A stretch of DNA of 64,000 nt, from assembly GCA_018268895.1 (NCBI GenBank), contig JAFDVP010000009.1, positions 169,757 through 233,756 on the forward strand. The letters run 5' to 3'. The DNA is from Acidobacteriota bacterium. Its GTDB lineage: Bacteria > Acidobacteriota > Terriglobia > Terriglobales > Acidobacteriaceae. The notes below the pieces were generated by a model. The model had not been told where the DNA came from and did not search any database. It saw nothing but the letters and a program-made list of their open reading frames with translations. This document shows positions 23,286 through 34,164 of the stretch, piece after piece. Position 1 is the first letter of the stretch; each line of letters opens with the position of its first letter. A program made the translations under genes and the position numbers.

Positions 23286-25289
23286 ATGAGCGATCAGCAG
23301 ACCAACCAGCAGAATGCGCTAGACCAGCTTTCCATCAATGCTCTCCGTTTTCTCGCCGTGGACGCCGTGGAAAAAGCAAAGTCCGGCCACCCCGGCGCCC
23401 CGCTTGGTTGTGCCCCGATCGCCTACCTGCTGTATCACAAGCTGATGAAGCATGACCCTTCGGACCCGAAGTGGATCGACCGCGACCGGTTCGTTCTGTC
23501 GAATGGACACGCCTCCGCGCTGCTTTATGGCGTGCTTCACCTTGCGGGCTACGACCTGCCGATGTCTCAGTTGGAGAGCTTCCGCCAGTGGGGATCACAT
23601 ACGCCGGGGCATCCCGAGTATGGTGAGGCTCCGGGTGTTGAGGTGACCACCGGTCCGCTGGGACAGGGTTTCGCGATGGCGGTGGGTATTGCTACCGCTG
23701 AAAAGCATATGGCCGCGGTCTATAACCGCGACGAGCACGCCGTCATCGACCACTACACGTATGTGCTTTGCGGCGACGGCGACCTGATGGAAGGCATCTC
23801 GCACGAGACGGCATCGCTGGCGGGGACCCTGAATCTCGGCAAGCTGATCGTGCTTTATGACGACAACCTGATCTCGCTCGACGGCCCGACGGAATTGAGC
23901 TTTACCGAAGACGTGACGGAGCGGTTCCACGGGTATCACTGGCACGTGCAGATGGTGGACGACGGCAACGACCTCGTCGCGCTGGAGGCTGCGATCAAGG
24001 CGGCAAAGGCGGAGACGACGAAGCCTTCGCTGATCCGCGTGCGCACGGTGATCGGCTACGGCAGCCCCAAGGCCGGCACGAGCAAGGTGCACGGCGAAGC
24101 GCTGGGCGCCGAGGCAGTGAAAGCGACCAAGAAAAACCTCGGCTGGCCTGAGGACAAGAGCTTTTATGTTCCGGAAGAGGCTGCGAAGAACTGGGCCCAG
24201 GCAAAGGCGAATGGCAAGAAGGCCCACGCCGAGTGGCAGAAGAACTTCGATGCGTATGCGAAGGCTTACCCTGCGCCTGCGGCTGAGTTTGATCGTGTCG
24301 TCAAGGGCAAGCTGCTGGATGGATGGGAGAAGAAGATTCCGACGTTCCCGACCGACAAGGCTGTCGCCACGCGTAACGCAGGTCAGGTGGTGATGAATGC
24401 GATCGAGCCGGTTGTGCCGGAGTTGTTTGGCGGCGCGGCTGACCTGACGGCCTCGACCAAGACGATCTTCAAGGACTCGGCGAACTTCCACGTCGACCCG
24501 AAGGGACGGAACGTCTTCTTCGGTGTGCGCGAGTTTGGCATGTGCGCCATGGTGAATGGAATGGCGGCGCACGGCGGGTTGATTCCCTTCGGTTCGACGT
24601 TCTTCGTCTTCTCGGACTACGCGCGCAATGCGATTCGTCTCGCTGCGCTGATGAGCGTGCATTCGCTGTTCGTGTTTACGCACGACTCTGTCGGTCTGGG
24701 TGAGGATGGCCCGACGCACCAGCCGGTGGAGCAGATGATGTCGCTGCGCCTGATTCCGCAGCTTACGGATTTCCGTCCAGCCGATGCGAACGAGACGGCT
24801 GCCTGCTGGCAGCTTGCGCTTGAGCGCAAGAGCGCGAGCTTTATGGCGCTTTCGCGGCAGGACCTGCCCGTGCTGGATGCTGCGAAGTACAAGGTGCTTG
24901 AAGGCGCGAGGAAGGGTGCTTATGCACTCGACAACTCGGGCAAGGACATTATTCTGATCGCAACCGGCTCCGAGGTCTCGCTGATTCTGAAGGCGGCTGA
25001 AGAGTTGAAGGCTGCAGGGATCAACGCAACGGTTGTGTCCATGCCGAGCTTCAGGATATTTGACGAGCAGGATGCAGCTTACAAGTCGAGCCTGCTGCCT
25101 GAGAACACACCGAAGCTGGCAGTGGAGGCCGGTGCGACGATGGGCTGGTACAAGTACATTGGCCACAACGGCGCGGTGATCGGGATCGATCGCTTCGGCG
25201 CTTCGGCTCCGGGACCAATTGCACTGGAGAAGCTGGGCATCAGCGTTGCAAATGTTGTCGAGCATGCCAAGAAGCTGGTGAAGAAGTAG
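23286..25289 (+). CDS. tkt: Transketolase
   Basis: SGHPGAP, DRFVLSNGH, TTGPLGQG, GDGDLMEG, GEDGPTHQP. Confidence 0.98.
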   Translation: MSDQQTNQQNALDQLSINALRFLAVDAVEKAKSGHPGAPLGCAPIAYLLYHKLMKHDPSDPKWIDRDRFVLSNGHASALLYGVLHLAGYDLPMSQLESFRQWGSHTPGHPEYGEAPGVEVTTGPLGQGFAMAVGIATAEKHMAAVYNRDEHAVIDHYTYVLCGDGDLMEGISHETASLAGTLNLGKLIVLYDDNLISLDGPTELSFTEDVTERFHGYHWHVQMVDDGNDLVALEAAIKAAKAETTKPSLIRVRTVIGYGSPKAGTSKVHGEALGAEAVKATKKNLGWPEDKSFYVPEEAAKNWAQAKANGKKAHAEWQKNFDAYAKAYPAPAAEFDRVVKGKLLDGWEKKIPTFPTDKAVATRNAGQVVMNAIEPVVPELFGGAADLTASTKTIFKDSANFHVDPKGRNVFFGVREFGMCAMVNGMAAHGGLIPFGSTFFVFSDYARNAIRLAALMSVHSLFVFTHDSVGLGEDGPTHQPVEQMMSLRLIPQLTDFRPADANETAACWQLALERKSASFMALSRQDLPVLDAAKYKVLEGARKGAYALDNSGKDIILIATGSEVSLILKAAEELKAAGINATVVSMPSFRIFDEQDAAYKSSLLPENTPKLAVEAGATMGWYKYIGHNGAVIGIDRFGASAPGPIALEKLGISVANVVEHAKKLVKK

Positions 25290-25313
25290 GGCTTTCCCGA
25301 ACGCAGGAAACGC

Positions 25314-25991
25314 ATGACACAGGACGAAGCAAAGCGGATGGCAGCCCGGCACGCGCTGGAGTTTGTCGAGGATGGAATGTCGCTGGGGTTGGGCAGCGGC
25401 ACCACCTCGGCGATCTTTATCAAAGAGCTGGGGGAGCGGGTCAAAGGCGGGCTGAAGGTGCGGGGGATCGCGACTTCAACCGCCAGCCAGACGCTTGCGG
25501 AATCGCTGTCGATCCCGATCACCAACTTCGATGAGACGCCGGAGCTGGATCTGGCTGTTGACGGCGCAGATGAAGTTGGGCCGGGACTCGCGTTGATCAA
25601 GGGCGGCGGCGGCGCGCTGCTGCGCGAGAAGATTGTAGAGAGCGCGGCGAAGAAGTTCATTGTCATTGCCGATTCAAGCAAGCTGGTGAAGCAGCTTGGC
25701 CGGTTCCCGCTTCCCGTTGAAGTGATTCAGATGGCGTTGCCAAACGTAACCCGGAGGCTGGAAGCGCTGGGATTGAATCCAAGGCTGCGCCACCACGCAG
25801 ATGGTTCCCTGTACATTACGGACGAAAACAACTTTATCCTCGACTGTGCTGCGGGCGAGATTCCCGATCCGGTGAAGACTGCTGCCGACATCCGCGCCAT
25901 CGTGGGCGTGGTGGAGCATGGGCTGTTTCTGAATATGGCGTCGTTCGCGCTGATTGCGAGCGATCAGGGTGTAACGAAGATCGTTCGATGA
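25314..25991 (+). CDS. rpiA: Ribose-5-phosphate isomerase A
   Basis: GLGSGTT, DGADEV, KGGGGALLREK, GVVEHGLF. Confidence 0.97.
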   Translation: MTQDEAKRMAARHALEFVEDGMSLGLGSGTTSAIFIKELGERVKGGLKVRGIATSTASQTLAESLSIPITNFDETPELDLAVDGADEVGPGLALIKGGGGALLREKIVESAAKKFIVIADSSKLVKQLGRFPLPVEVIQMALPNVTRRLEALGLNPRLRHHADGSLYITDENNFILDCAAGEIPDPVKTAADIRAIVGVVEHGLFLNMASFALIASDQGVTKIVR

Positions 25992-26061
25992 CGTTGGGGC
26001 TGCCCTGTGACCGTTGTTGAGCGTTGCATCGAGAGACAAGTAAAGAGCGTCATATAAAGAT

Positions 26062-26934
26062 ATGTCAGCCGCTTCAACCCCCAACTCGACCACAGCTACC
26101 CGCACATGGTTTATTACGGGTTCGTCGACTGGTTTCGGACGCCTTCTTGCCGAAGAGGTGTTGAAGTCCGGAGACAAGGTCGTAGCGACGGCGCGCAAGG
26201 TTGAGCGGGTCGCCGATCTGGAACAGAAGTATCCCGGGAGGGGCCTCGCGCTGCCTCTCGATGTCACGAGGCAGGACCAGGTTGACGCTGCTGTCGCTGA
26301 GGCGCTGAAGCGCTTCGGCCGCGTCGATGTGCTGGTCAATAATGCTGGCTATGGCGTTGCCGGCGCTATCGAGGAAGTCTCCGAGGCAGAGCTCGGGCCG
26401 ATGTACGAGACCAATGTGTTTGGCCTGCTGCGCGTGACGCGCGCGTTGCTTCCTCAGATGCGGAAACAGCGCAGTGGACATATCTTGAATCTCTCCTCGA
26501 TTGGGGGGCTCACTGCGAGTCCTGGCTGGGGGCTTTATCACGGCACGAAGTTTGCTGTGGAAGGTCTTTCTGAGGCGCTTGCGCACGAGATTGCGCCGCT
26601 CGGCATCAAATTAACGATTGTGGAGCCAGGGCCGTTCCGCACGGATTTTCTCGGGCGTTCGGGAGTAGAGGCTGCAACGAAGATAGATGACTATGACAAG
26701 ACCGCCGGTAACGCTCGCCGCTATATGGCGGAGCAGGATGGCAAGCAGCCGGGCGATCCGCTGAAGGCTGTCGAAGCCATGATGCAGGTTGTGAAGACAG
26801 AGAACCCGCCTCTGCGTCTGTTGCTGGGGGCAAGCGCACTCAAACGCGTGCGAGACAAACTGGCGGCATGGCAGAAGGAACTCGAAACCTGGGAATCAGT
26901 GGCGTTAGACGCGGATTTCCCTTCAGGTAGCTGA
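26062..26934 (+). CDS. Short-chain dehydrogenase/reductase
   Basis: TGSSTGFG, NNAGYG, YHGTK (YxxxK), EPGPFRTDF. Confidence 0.92.
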   Translation: MSAASTPNSTTATRTWFITGSSTGFGRLLAEEVLKSGDKVVATARKVERVADLEQKYPGRGLALPLDVTRQDQVDAAVAEALKRFGRVDVLVNNAGYGVAGAIEEVSEAELGPMYETNVFGLLRVTRALLPQMRKQRSGHILNLSSIGGLTASPGWGLYHGTKFAVEGLSEALAHEIAPLGIKLTIVEPGPFRTDFLGRSGVEAATKIDDYDKTAGNARRYMAEQDGKQPGDPLKAVEAMMQVVKTENPPLRLLLGASALKRVRDKLAAWQKELETWESVALDADFPSGS

Positions 26935-27025
26935 TTTCAAAGTTTGAATCATGCCGTTTTCGAATGGCATGCAACGGAAGAGCGAATTAACACGGCGTTG
27001 CCGTACAGCAGGAAAGGAATACGAG

Positions 27026-27934
27026 ATGGAACTTGGACTGATTGGCCTTGGCAAGATGGGATTCAATATGGCGGAGCGCCTGAAGCTGGCGGGCCACAAG
27101 GTTGTCGGCTTCGATTTCAACAAGGATGCAACGGCGAAACTGACGGCGACGGGGTCTCTTGGCGTGGATTCGCTGGAAGACCTGGTGAAGAACCTCTCCG
27201 CGCCGCGGGCCATCTGGATCATGGTGCCTTCGGGCGACCCAGTGGACCAGACGATTGCGAAGCTCGAGGCTCTGCTCACGCAGGGCGACACGATTATCGA
27301 CGGCGGCAACTCCAACTACAAGGACACGCAACGTCGCCATGCCGAGGTTAAGGCCAAGGGATTTGAGTATGTCGATTGCGGGACCTCCGGCGGCGTGTGG
27401 GGATTGAAAGAGGGCTACAGCCTGATGATTGGCGGCGACATGGGGCCGGTCGATCGTCTGAAGCCGATCTTCGAGGCGCTGGCACCATCGCCTACGGAAG
27501 GCTGGGGGCATGTTGGACCTTCCGGTTCAGGACACTTTGTGAAGATGGTGCACAACGGCATCGAGTACGGCCTGATGCAGGCCTATGCCGAAGGCTTTTC
27601 CATCTTGAAAGCGAAGCAGGAGCTTGACCTCGACCTGACGCAGATTGCGCATATCTGGCAGAAGGGTTCGGTCGTGCGCTCGTGGCTCCTGGATCTGACA
27701 GCCGACGCGCTGGACCAGAACCCGACGCTGGCTGGTCTTGAGGCGTGGGTGCCGGACTCGGGCGAAGGGCGCTGGACCGTCACGGAGGCGATCGACCTGA
27801 ACATTTCAGCGCCAGTGATTACGGAATCGTTGATACGGCGGTTGCGTTCGCGCGAAGAGAACAACTTTACCGATCGCATGATCTCGATCATGCGCGGTGC
27901 TTTTGGCGGCCATGCTGTTAAGAAAGCGGACTGA
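27026..27934 (+). CDS. gnd: 6-phosphogluconate dehydrogenase (decarboxylating), short YqeC/GntZ type
   Basis: GLGKMG, IDGGNS, GTSGG, GHFVKMVHNGIEYG, DSGEGRWT; ends FGGHAVK. Confidence 0.93.
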   Translation: MELGLIGLGKMGFNMAERLKLAGHKVVGFDFNKDATAKLTATGSLGVDSLEDLVKNLSAPRAIWIMVPSGDPVDQTIAKLEALLTQGDTIIDGGNSNYKDTQRRHAEVKAKGFEYVDCGTSGGVWGLKEGYSLMIGGDMGPVDRLKPIFEALAPSPTEGWGHVGPSGSGHFVKMVHNGIEYGLMQAYAEGFSILKAKQELDLDLTQIAHIWQKGSVVRSWLLDLTADALDQNPTLAGLEAWVPDSGEGRWTVTEAIDLNISAPVITESLIRRLRSREENNFTDRMISIMRGAFGGHAVKKAD

Positions 27935-27975
27935 GAAACCGGACAAGAAAAGTTAAGAGAAGAGGGTAAATCGAA

Positions 27976-29529
27976 ATGGCTACGACACAAGTTCAAGTTT
28001 CTCCCGACAAAAAGAAAGCAGCTCAGAACGAGCGCACGCCCGATCCCTGCATCGTGGTTATCTTCGGCGCTTCCGGCGACCTGACAAAGCGCAAGCTGCT
28101 GCCGGCGCTCTATCACCTGGAGCAGGCGAACCTGCTGCCCAAGGACTTCGCCGTGGTCGGTGTGGCACGCCGTCCGCTGGAGCAGAGCTTCGCTCCGGAC
28201 ATGAAGGAAGGCATTATTGCGGGCGGCGGTGTGGAAGAGTCTGACCCCAGGCTTGCTCCCTTTATCGACCGTGTGCAGTATCACGCGATGAACTTTGACG
28301 ATGCAACCGGCTACGATGCTTTGAAGAAGAAGCTCGCAGAGCTGGATGGCAAGTTCAATACGCATGGCAACCGTCTCTTCTATCTGGCGACGGCGCCTGA
28401 GTATTTCTCGGACATCATCAACTATCTGGGCCAGCATGGCATGGCACAGCCTGAAGCAGGCAAAGACGGGACGGCTCCCTGGGTCCGTACCATCATCGAA
28501 AAGCCGTTTGGTCACGATCTTGAGTCGGCACGTGCGTTGAACGATGAGGTCAACAAGGTCTTCCATGAGGACCAGATCTTCCGCATTGATCACTATCTCG
28601 GCAAGGAGACAGTGCAGAACATCCTCGTTTTTCGTTTTGCCAACGGCATCTTCGAGAACGTATGGAACCGCAACTATATCGACCACGTTGAGATCACTGC
28701 GGCGGAATCGATCGGTATCGAAGGCCGCGGTCCGTTCTATGAACAGGCCGGCGCTCTGCGTGACGTGATGCAGAACCATGTGATGGAGCTGTTGAGCTTC
28801 GTTGCGATGGAGCCGCCTGTATCGTTCCAGGCGGATGCCGTTCGCGCCGAGAAGGTGAAGGTGTGGAAGGCGATCTCGCCGATTCATCCGGCTGATACGG
28901 TTCGCGGACAGTATGGGCCGGGCATGGTCGATGGCAAGGCTGTTCCCGGGTATCGCCAGGAAGACCGCGTACATCCGCGTTCGCAGACTGAGACATATGC
29001 CGCGGTGCGGGTGGAGATCGAAAACTGGCGCTGGGCGGGTGTGCCGTTCTATCTGCGCGCCGGTAAGCGATTGGCGAAGCGTGTCACGGAGATCACCATC
29101 CAGTTCAAGCAGCCTCCGATGCTTCTGTTCAAAGGCGGCGAGTGTCACGACAGCGACGCCATCAAGCCAAACCTGATCTCGATGCGCATCCAGCCTGATG
29201 AAGGGATCTCGCTGCGGTTTGGCGCGAAGCTGCCGGGGCCGAGCATGGACATTGCGCCGGTGCAGATGAACTTCAGCTATGCCGATGCGTTCGGCAAGTC
29301 CTCAGCGAATGGCTACGAGCGTTTATTGCTCGACGCGATGCTGGGCGATGGCACCTTGTTCGCGCATCGCGATGGCGTCGAGGCGACGTGGGCGTTGATG
29401 ACGCCGATTCTGAAGGCATGGGCGGAGACGCCGGTGAAGGACTTCCCGAACTATGCCGCCGGAACGTGGGGTCCATCTGCTGCCGACGCGCTGCTGGAGT
29501 CCGAAGGACGTAAGTGGCGTAAGCTCTAG
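27976..29529 (+). CDS. zwf: Glucose-6-phosphate 1-dehydrogenase
   Basis: GASGDL, EKPFG, RIDHYLGKE, RDVMQNH, RWAGVPFYLRAGK. Confidence 0.98.
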   Translation: MATTQVQVSPDKKKAAQNERTPDPCIVVIFGASGDLTKRKLLPALYHLEQANLLPKDFAVVGVARRPLEQSFAPDMKEGIIAGGGVEESDPRLAPFIDRVQYHAMNFDDATGYDALKKKLAELDGKFNTHGNRLFYLATAPEYFSDIINYLGQHGMAQPEAGKDGTAPWVRTIIEKPFGHDLESARALNDEVNKVFHEDQIFRIDHYLGKETVQNILVFRFANGIFENVWNRNYIDHVEITAAESIGIEGRGPFYEQAGALRDVMQNHVMELLSFVAMEPPVSFQADAVRAEKVKVWKAISPIHPADTVRGQYGPGMVDGKAVPGYRQEDRVHPRSQTETYAAVRVEIENWRWAGVPFYLRAGKRLAKRVTEITIQFKQPPMLLFKGGECHDSDAIKPNLISMRIQPDEGISLRFGAKLPGPSMDIAPVQMNFSYADAFGKSSANGYERLLLDAMLGDGTLFAHRDGVEATWALMTPILKAWAETPVKDFPNYAAGTWGPSAADALLESEGRKWRKL

Positions 29530-29641
29530 CTCGATTCGATTTGAGGCCTCGTGTGGTTTGGCGCTGCTATTGTCAGCGGCGACCGCCGGGGCCTCCATCG
29601 TTGAACTCCTGGAAGTGCATCAAATTTAGAAGAGGAAGATC

Positions 29642-30430
29642 ATGCCGCGTCCGACTGCAGTTACCTATCGCGTGTTTGCCAACCCGGAAGATGTTGCTGG
29701 GGCGGCTGCTGAACTTTTCACATCGTCGATTGCATCGGCAGCAAAGGCACGCGGCATCGCCCGCGTGGCAATCTCAGGCGGTACGACACCGAAGGCAATG
29801 TTTTCGCTACTGGCTTCAGAGCCGTTCGCCAGCCAGGTGCCATGGGACAAGCTGGACCTGTACTGGGTCGACGAGCGTTGCGTTCCACCCGAGGATGCCG
29901 AGTCGAACTACCGCATGACGCGCGAGGCGTTGTTATCGAAGGTGCCGTTGCCCGCCGACCGCATCCATCGTATGGAAGGCGAGCTGGAGCCTGAGGTCGC
30001 AGCGGCGCGGTATGAAGCTGCTATCCGCAACGGGTTCAAGCTGGAGGGCGCGCAAACCCCGACGTTCGATCTTGTGCTGTTGGGAATGGGCGATGACGGT
30101 CATACCGCTTCGCTGTTCCCGCATACCGAAGCGCTGAATGACATGACTCACATTGTTGTTGCGAACCATGTTCCGCAAAAGGACACGTGGCGCATTACGT
30201 TGACCTGGCCGGTGATCAACCAAGGCAGGGAGGTCGCTTTCCTGATTGAGGGTGACAAGAAGGCACAGGTGTTGCACGAAGTCTTTCAGGGGCCGTATCA
30301 ACCGGAGACCTACCCGTCGCAGATTATTCGTCCGGCGAGCGGAAAGTTGACGCTCTTGCTCGATGCCGCCGCAGCGGCTAAGCTGCCAGAACCAGAAAAT
30401 GGGACCGGAACTCTGGAGCTGAATAGATGA
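29642..30430 (+). CDS. pgl: 6-phosphogluconolactonase
   Basis: SGGTTP, WVDERCVP, SNYR, GMGDDGHTASLFP. Confidence 0.95.
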   Translation: MPRPTAVTYRVFANPEDVAGAAAELFTSSIASAAKARGIARVAISGGTTPKAMFSLLASEPFASQVPWDKLDLYWVDERCVPPEDAESNYRMTREALLSKVPLPADRIHRMEGELEPEVAAARYEAAIRNGFKLEGAQTPTFDLVLLGMGDDGHTASLFPHTEALNDMTHIVVANHVPQKDTWRITLTWPVINQGREVAFLIEGDKKAQVLHEVFQGPYQPETYPSQIIRPASGKLTLLLDAAAAAKLPEPENGTGTLELNR

Positions 30431-31470
30431 TTCTTGCTGGTGATGTTGGCGGAACGAAGGTCCACCTTGCACTCTACGATTTCACCGGCGGTCAACTTCA
30501 TCCGCTGCGAGACCAGAAATTTCCGGCTCACCAGTTCAATTCACTGGATGAGATCGTCAATAAATTTCTTAGCGGCGACGCAAACACGCCGGCGACGCAG
30601 CGAGATGCAATTCTTTCGGCGTGCTTCGGTCTCCCCGGGCCTGTGCGCGATGGGCGGCTTAAGCTGACCAACCTGCCATGGACGCTCGACGTGCGCGACC
30701 TGTCACGCTCGCTGTCGATCCAGCACGTCTTCCTGATCAACGACCTCGAGGCGAACGGCTACGGAATTCCGGAGCTTGCTGCGGACAGGATCTACACGCT
30801 TCACGAAGGCGATGCGAATGCGACAGGTCATCGCGGACTCGTGTCGGCTGGCACAGGTCTTGGTGAAGCTCTGTTGATATGGGATGGCAAGAAGCATAAC
30901 CCGATCCCATCGGAGGGCGGTCACTGCGACTTTGCGGCGCGTTCCAATCGAGAGATTGCGATGCTCGAATACCTGCGCAGCAAATTGAAGGGGCGTGTGA
31001 GCTTCGAGCGAGTGGTTTCGGGTCTTGGGATCAAGAACATTTACGAGTTTCTACGCGACGTTGAGAAGATCAACGAGCCGAAGTGGCTGTGCGACCGCAT
31101 GGCTGCGGAAGATCCGAATGTCGTTATTGGAGAGTGCGCGGAGGATGGCTCCAGCTCTCTCTGCTTCGAGACGATGAAGAGCTTCGCTTCGGCATACGGC
31201 GCGGAGGCGGGCAATCTGGCCCTGAAGGCCCTGGCTGTTGGGGGAATCTACCTCGGCGGAGGCATCGCTCCGAAGCGATTGAAGACGATGCAGAACGGCT
31301 TCTTCATGCAGGCGTTTCTCGATAAAGGCCGGATGTCGCCGCTGCTTCAGTCGATACCGGTCCGAATCATCCTGGACGATTCGTGCGCTCTGCTTGGCGC
31401 TGCGGCCTACGCCGAGGCGCGCGCCGCCGAGATATGCGGCGTGTCGGAACGGGCGGCTTCACTGTGCTAG
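30427..31470 (+). CDS. glk: Glucokinase
   Basis: LAGDVGGTK, GPV, TNLPW, LINDLEA, GTGLG, SEGGH, GGIAP. Confidence 0.95.
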   Translation: MILAGDVGGTKVHLALYDFTGGQLHPLRDQKFPAHQFNSLDEIVNKFLSGDANTPATQRDAILSACFGLPGPVRDGRLKLTNLPWTLDVRDLSRSLSIQHVFLINDLEANGYGIPELAADRIYTLHEGDANATGHRGLVSAGTGLGEALLIWDGKKHNPIPSEGGHCDFAARSNREIAMLEYLRSKLKGRVSFERVVSGLGIKNIYEFLRDVEKINEPKWLCDRMAAEDPNVVIGECAEDGSSSLCFETMKSFASAYGAEAGNLALKALAVGGIYLGGGIAPKRLKTMQNGFFMQAFLDKGRMSPLLQSIPVRIILDDSCALLGAAAYAEARAAEICGVSERAASLC

Positions 31471-31554
31471 GCCGCGCGGCATGTCACAAATCTCCAGCGA
31501 ATATGCGGTCTTTTGCATGTAAGGCCACTGGGATTTGGATATTCTAGGTTGGAT

Positions 31555-34164
31555 ATGTTTCTGAAGAACCGTCGTTGCCGCCTCCTGTTTGCTCTAACTG
31601 CATTCATATTTACTGAAGGCTCAAACCTTCATGCTCAGCGCTTGCCTGAAGGCATTCATCCCGAACACTACTCTCTGACGCTTACACCCGATCTGGCGAA
31701 GGCGACGTTTGCGGGCGAAGAGATAATCGATGTCGTGCTGGACCAGCCTGCCAGGGCGGTCACCTTGAATGCGGCCGAGATCGAATTTCTTTCGGTGAAC
31801 GCGGGGTCTCAGCGGGCGGAGGTTTCGCTCGATAAGGACAAGGAGCAGGCGACGTTCATCTTTGCCAAACCATTGGCTGCGGGAAGGGTCAGGCTCGCAA
31901 TCAGCTATACGGGCATTCTGAACGACAAGCTGCGCGGGTTCTATCTTTCGAAGACAAAGAAGCGCAACTACGCTGTCACTCAGTTTGAGCCTACCGATGC
32001 GCGCCGCGCCTTTCCGAGCTTCGACGAGCCTGCCTTGAAGGCAACCTATGACATCACGCTGGTCGTCGATGCGGGAGATACAGCGATCTCGAATACGGAG
32101 ATCGTCTCCGACAAGCCCGGTCCTGTTGCGGGAAAGCATACGATCAGTTTTGCGACAACGCCAAAGATGTCGACCTACCTTGTAGCGTTTCTTGTGGGTG
32201 ACTTCAAATGCACGACAGGCAAGGCCGATGGCGTGCCGATACGAGGGTGCGCCACGCCTGACAAAGTGGATATGACGAGGTTCGCTGTGGAGAGCGCAGA
32301 ATACATCCTGCCTTACTACAACAAGTACTTCGGCATTAAGTATCCGATGCCAAAGCTCGACATGGTTGCGCTGCCCGATTTCGAAGCCGGCGCGATGGAG
32401 AACTTCGGGTGCATTACCTATCGCGAAACCGACCTTCTGGTTGATGCGAAGACCGGGGCCATTCCCGCGAAAAAACGGGTTGCTGTCGTTGTTGCGCATG
32501 AGATGGCGCACCAGTGGTTCGGAGACATGGTGACGATGCAGTGGTGGGACAACCTCTGGCTCAACGAGGGGTTTGCGTCATGGATGGAGACCAAGCCGGT
32601 TGCGAAATGGAAGCCGGAGTGGAACTTCCCACAAGACGATGCGCGCGACCTGGATGCAACGCTGAACCTCGATTCGCAGCCGACGACACGCACGATCCGG
32701 GCTCGTGCAGAGACACCGGACGAGATCAACGAGATGTTCGACGGCATCGCTTATGGCAAGGCGGGGGCAGTGCTGGGTATGGTGGAGAATTACCTGGGCG
32801 AAGAGGTCTTTCGCCAGGGAGTGCACAATTATCTCGCTGCCCACCTTTACGCCAATGCGACGGCAGAGGATTTCTGGAATGCGCAGACTGCAACCTCGCA
32901 TCAGCCTGTCGATCGCATCATGCAGAGCTTCGTCACGCAGCCCGGCGTTCCCTTGCTGACATTTTCACAACATGATTCAAACGGGACACCGCTGACTCAA
33001 AGCCGGTTCTTCCTGTCGAACGCAGGCAAGAGCGGCACGGCGCAGCAGTGGACGCTTCCAGTATGCGTGAAGACGGCAGGCAAACCTCTTTGCCAGGTCG
33101 TTGCGTCGGGCGAGACGATGCTTCCTTTACCGGTGGGCACGTCGATGCCGTTCTTCTATGCAAACGCCGGAGCGAAAGGTTACTACCGCACGGTCTACAC
33201 CTCAGACCAGCTTGCGGCGATTACAGCAAGAGTTGAAACGGGTCTTTCGGCGCCGGAGCGTATCAGCCTGATCGGCGACAGGTGGGCGCTGATCCGTTCG
33301 GGTCAGGGAACAGCAGGCCAGTTCCTCGACCTTGTGCTTGCGCTTAAGAACGATTCAAGCGGCATGGTGATGGAAACGGCGCTCGACAAAGTGAAGTCGA
33401 TCTATGCGCGCATTGCGACATCGAGCGACCGCGAACGGCTCGCAGAAGTGCTGCGCAGAGAGTTCGCGCCGGGCTATGCTGCGCTCGGTAAACCGTCGAA
33501 GAGTGAATCGTACGATCGTCAGCAGCTACGTGCCGAGTTGATGAGTCTTCTCGGACTCGCGAAAGATCCTGATGTTCTTGCCGAAGCGAAGGAACTGGCG
33601 AACCGCGCCTATGGTCCCGGGGCAAAGAAGGACCGTGGACTCGATCCTATCCTGGCCAATGAAGCCATTGCCATTACCGCGGCCAACGGCGATGCGGAGT
33701 TCTATGAGAAGGTCATGGCGGCGAGTAAAGACCAGAGCGATCCAGGCGCGCAGGCCGATGCCTTGCGTACTCTTGCGCTCTTCCGCGAACCGTCTTTGGT
33801 GACGAGGACGCTCGACTATGCAGTCTCAGGCCAGGTGCGCAACCAGGATAGCTGGATACCTATGACGATGCTCCTGACCGGTCTCAATACCCGTGAGCAG
33901 ACGTGGACATATATCCAGAAGAACTGGGACAAGGTGCATGCCCAGTTCACAACAAACTCCGGCGGGCGGATTGTTGGAGCAGCGGGCAGCTTCTGCTCCG
34001 CTGAGAAGCGCGACGAGGTTGCATCCTTCTTCGCAACGCACAAGGTAGATGCAGCAGAACGCACGCTGGCCAAGGCGCTCGACAATATCAACGACTGCGT
34101 GCATCTCCGCTCTGCTCAGGAACCCAGCCTGCATCAGTGGCTCGCGGTGCAGGCAAAGCGGTGA
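31555..34164 (+). CDS. M1 family aminopeptidase with ERAP1-like C-terminal domain and signal peptide
   Basis: TQFEPTDARRAFP, GAMEN, HEMAH-x18-E (NEGFA), YGKAG. Confidence 0.95.
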   Translation: MFLKNRRCRLLFALTAFIFTEGSNLHAQRLPEGIHPEHYSLTLTPDLAKATFAGEEIIDVVLDQPARAVTLNAAEIEFLSVNAGSQRAEVSLDKDKEQATFIFAKPLAAGRVRLAISYTGILNDKLRGFYLSKTKKRNYAVTQFEPTDARRAFPSFDEPALKATYDITLVVDAGDTAISNTEIVSDKPGPVAGKHTISFATTPKMSTYLVAFLVGDFKCTTGKADGVPIRGCATPDKVDMTRFAVESAEYILPYYNKYFGIKYPMPKLDMVALPDFEAGAMENFGCITYRETDLLVDAKTGAIPAKKRVAVVVAHEMAHQWFGDMVTMQWWDNLWLNEGFASWMETKPVAKWKPEWNFPQDDARDLDATLNLDSQPTTRTIRARAETPDEINEMFDGIAYGKAGAVLGMVENYLGEEVFRQGVHNYLAAHLYANATAEDFWNAQTATSHQPVDRIMQSFVTQPGVPLLTFSQHDSNGTPLTQSRFFLSNAGKSGTAQQWTLPVCVKTAGKPLCQVVASGETMLPLPVGTSMPFFYANAGAKGYYRTVYTSDQLAAITARVETGLSAPERISLIGDRWALIRSGQGTAGQFLDLVLALKNDSSGMVMETALDKVKSIYARIATSSDRERLAEVLRREFAPGYAALGKPSKSESYDRQQLRAELMSLLGLAKDPDVLAEAKELANRAYGPGAKKDRGLDPILANEAIAITAANGDAEFYEKVMAASKDQSDPGAQADALRTLALFREPSLVTRTLDYAVSGQVRNQDSWIPMTMLLTGLNTREQTWTYIQKNWDKVHAQFTTNSGGRIVGAAGSFCSAEKRDEVASFFATHKVDAAERTLAKALDNINDCVHLRSAQEPSLHQWLAVQAKR

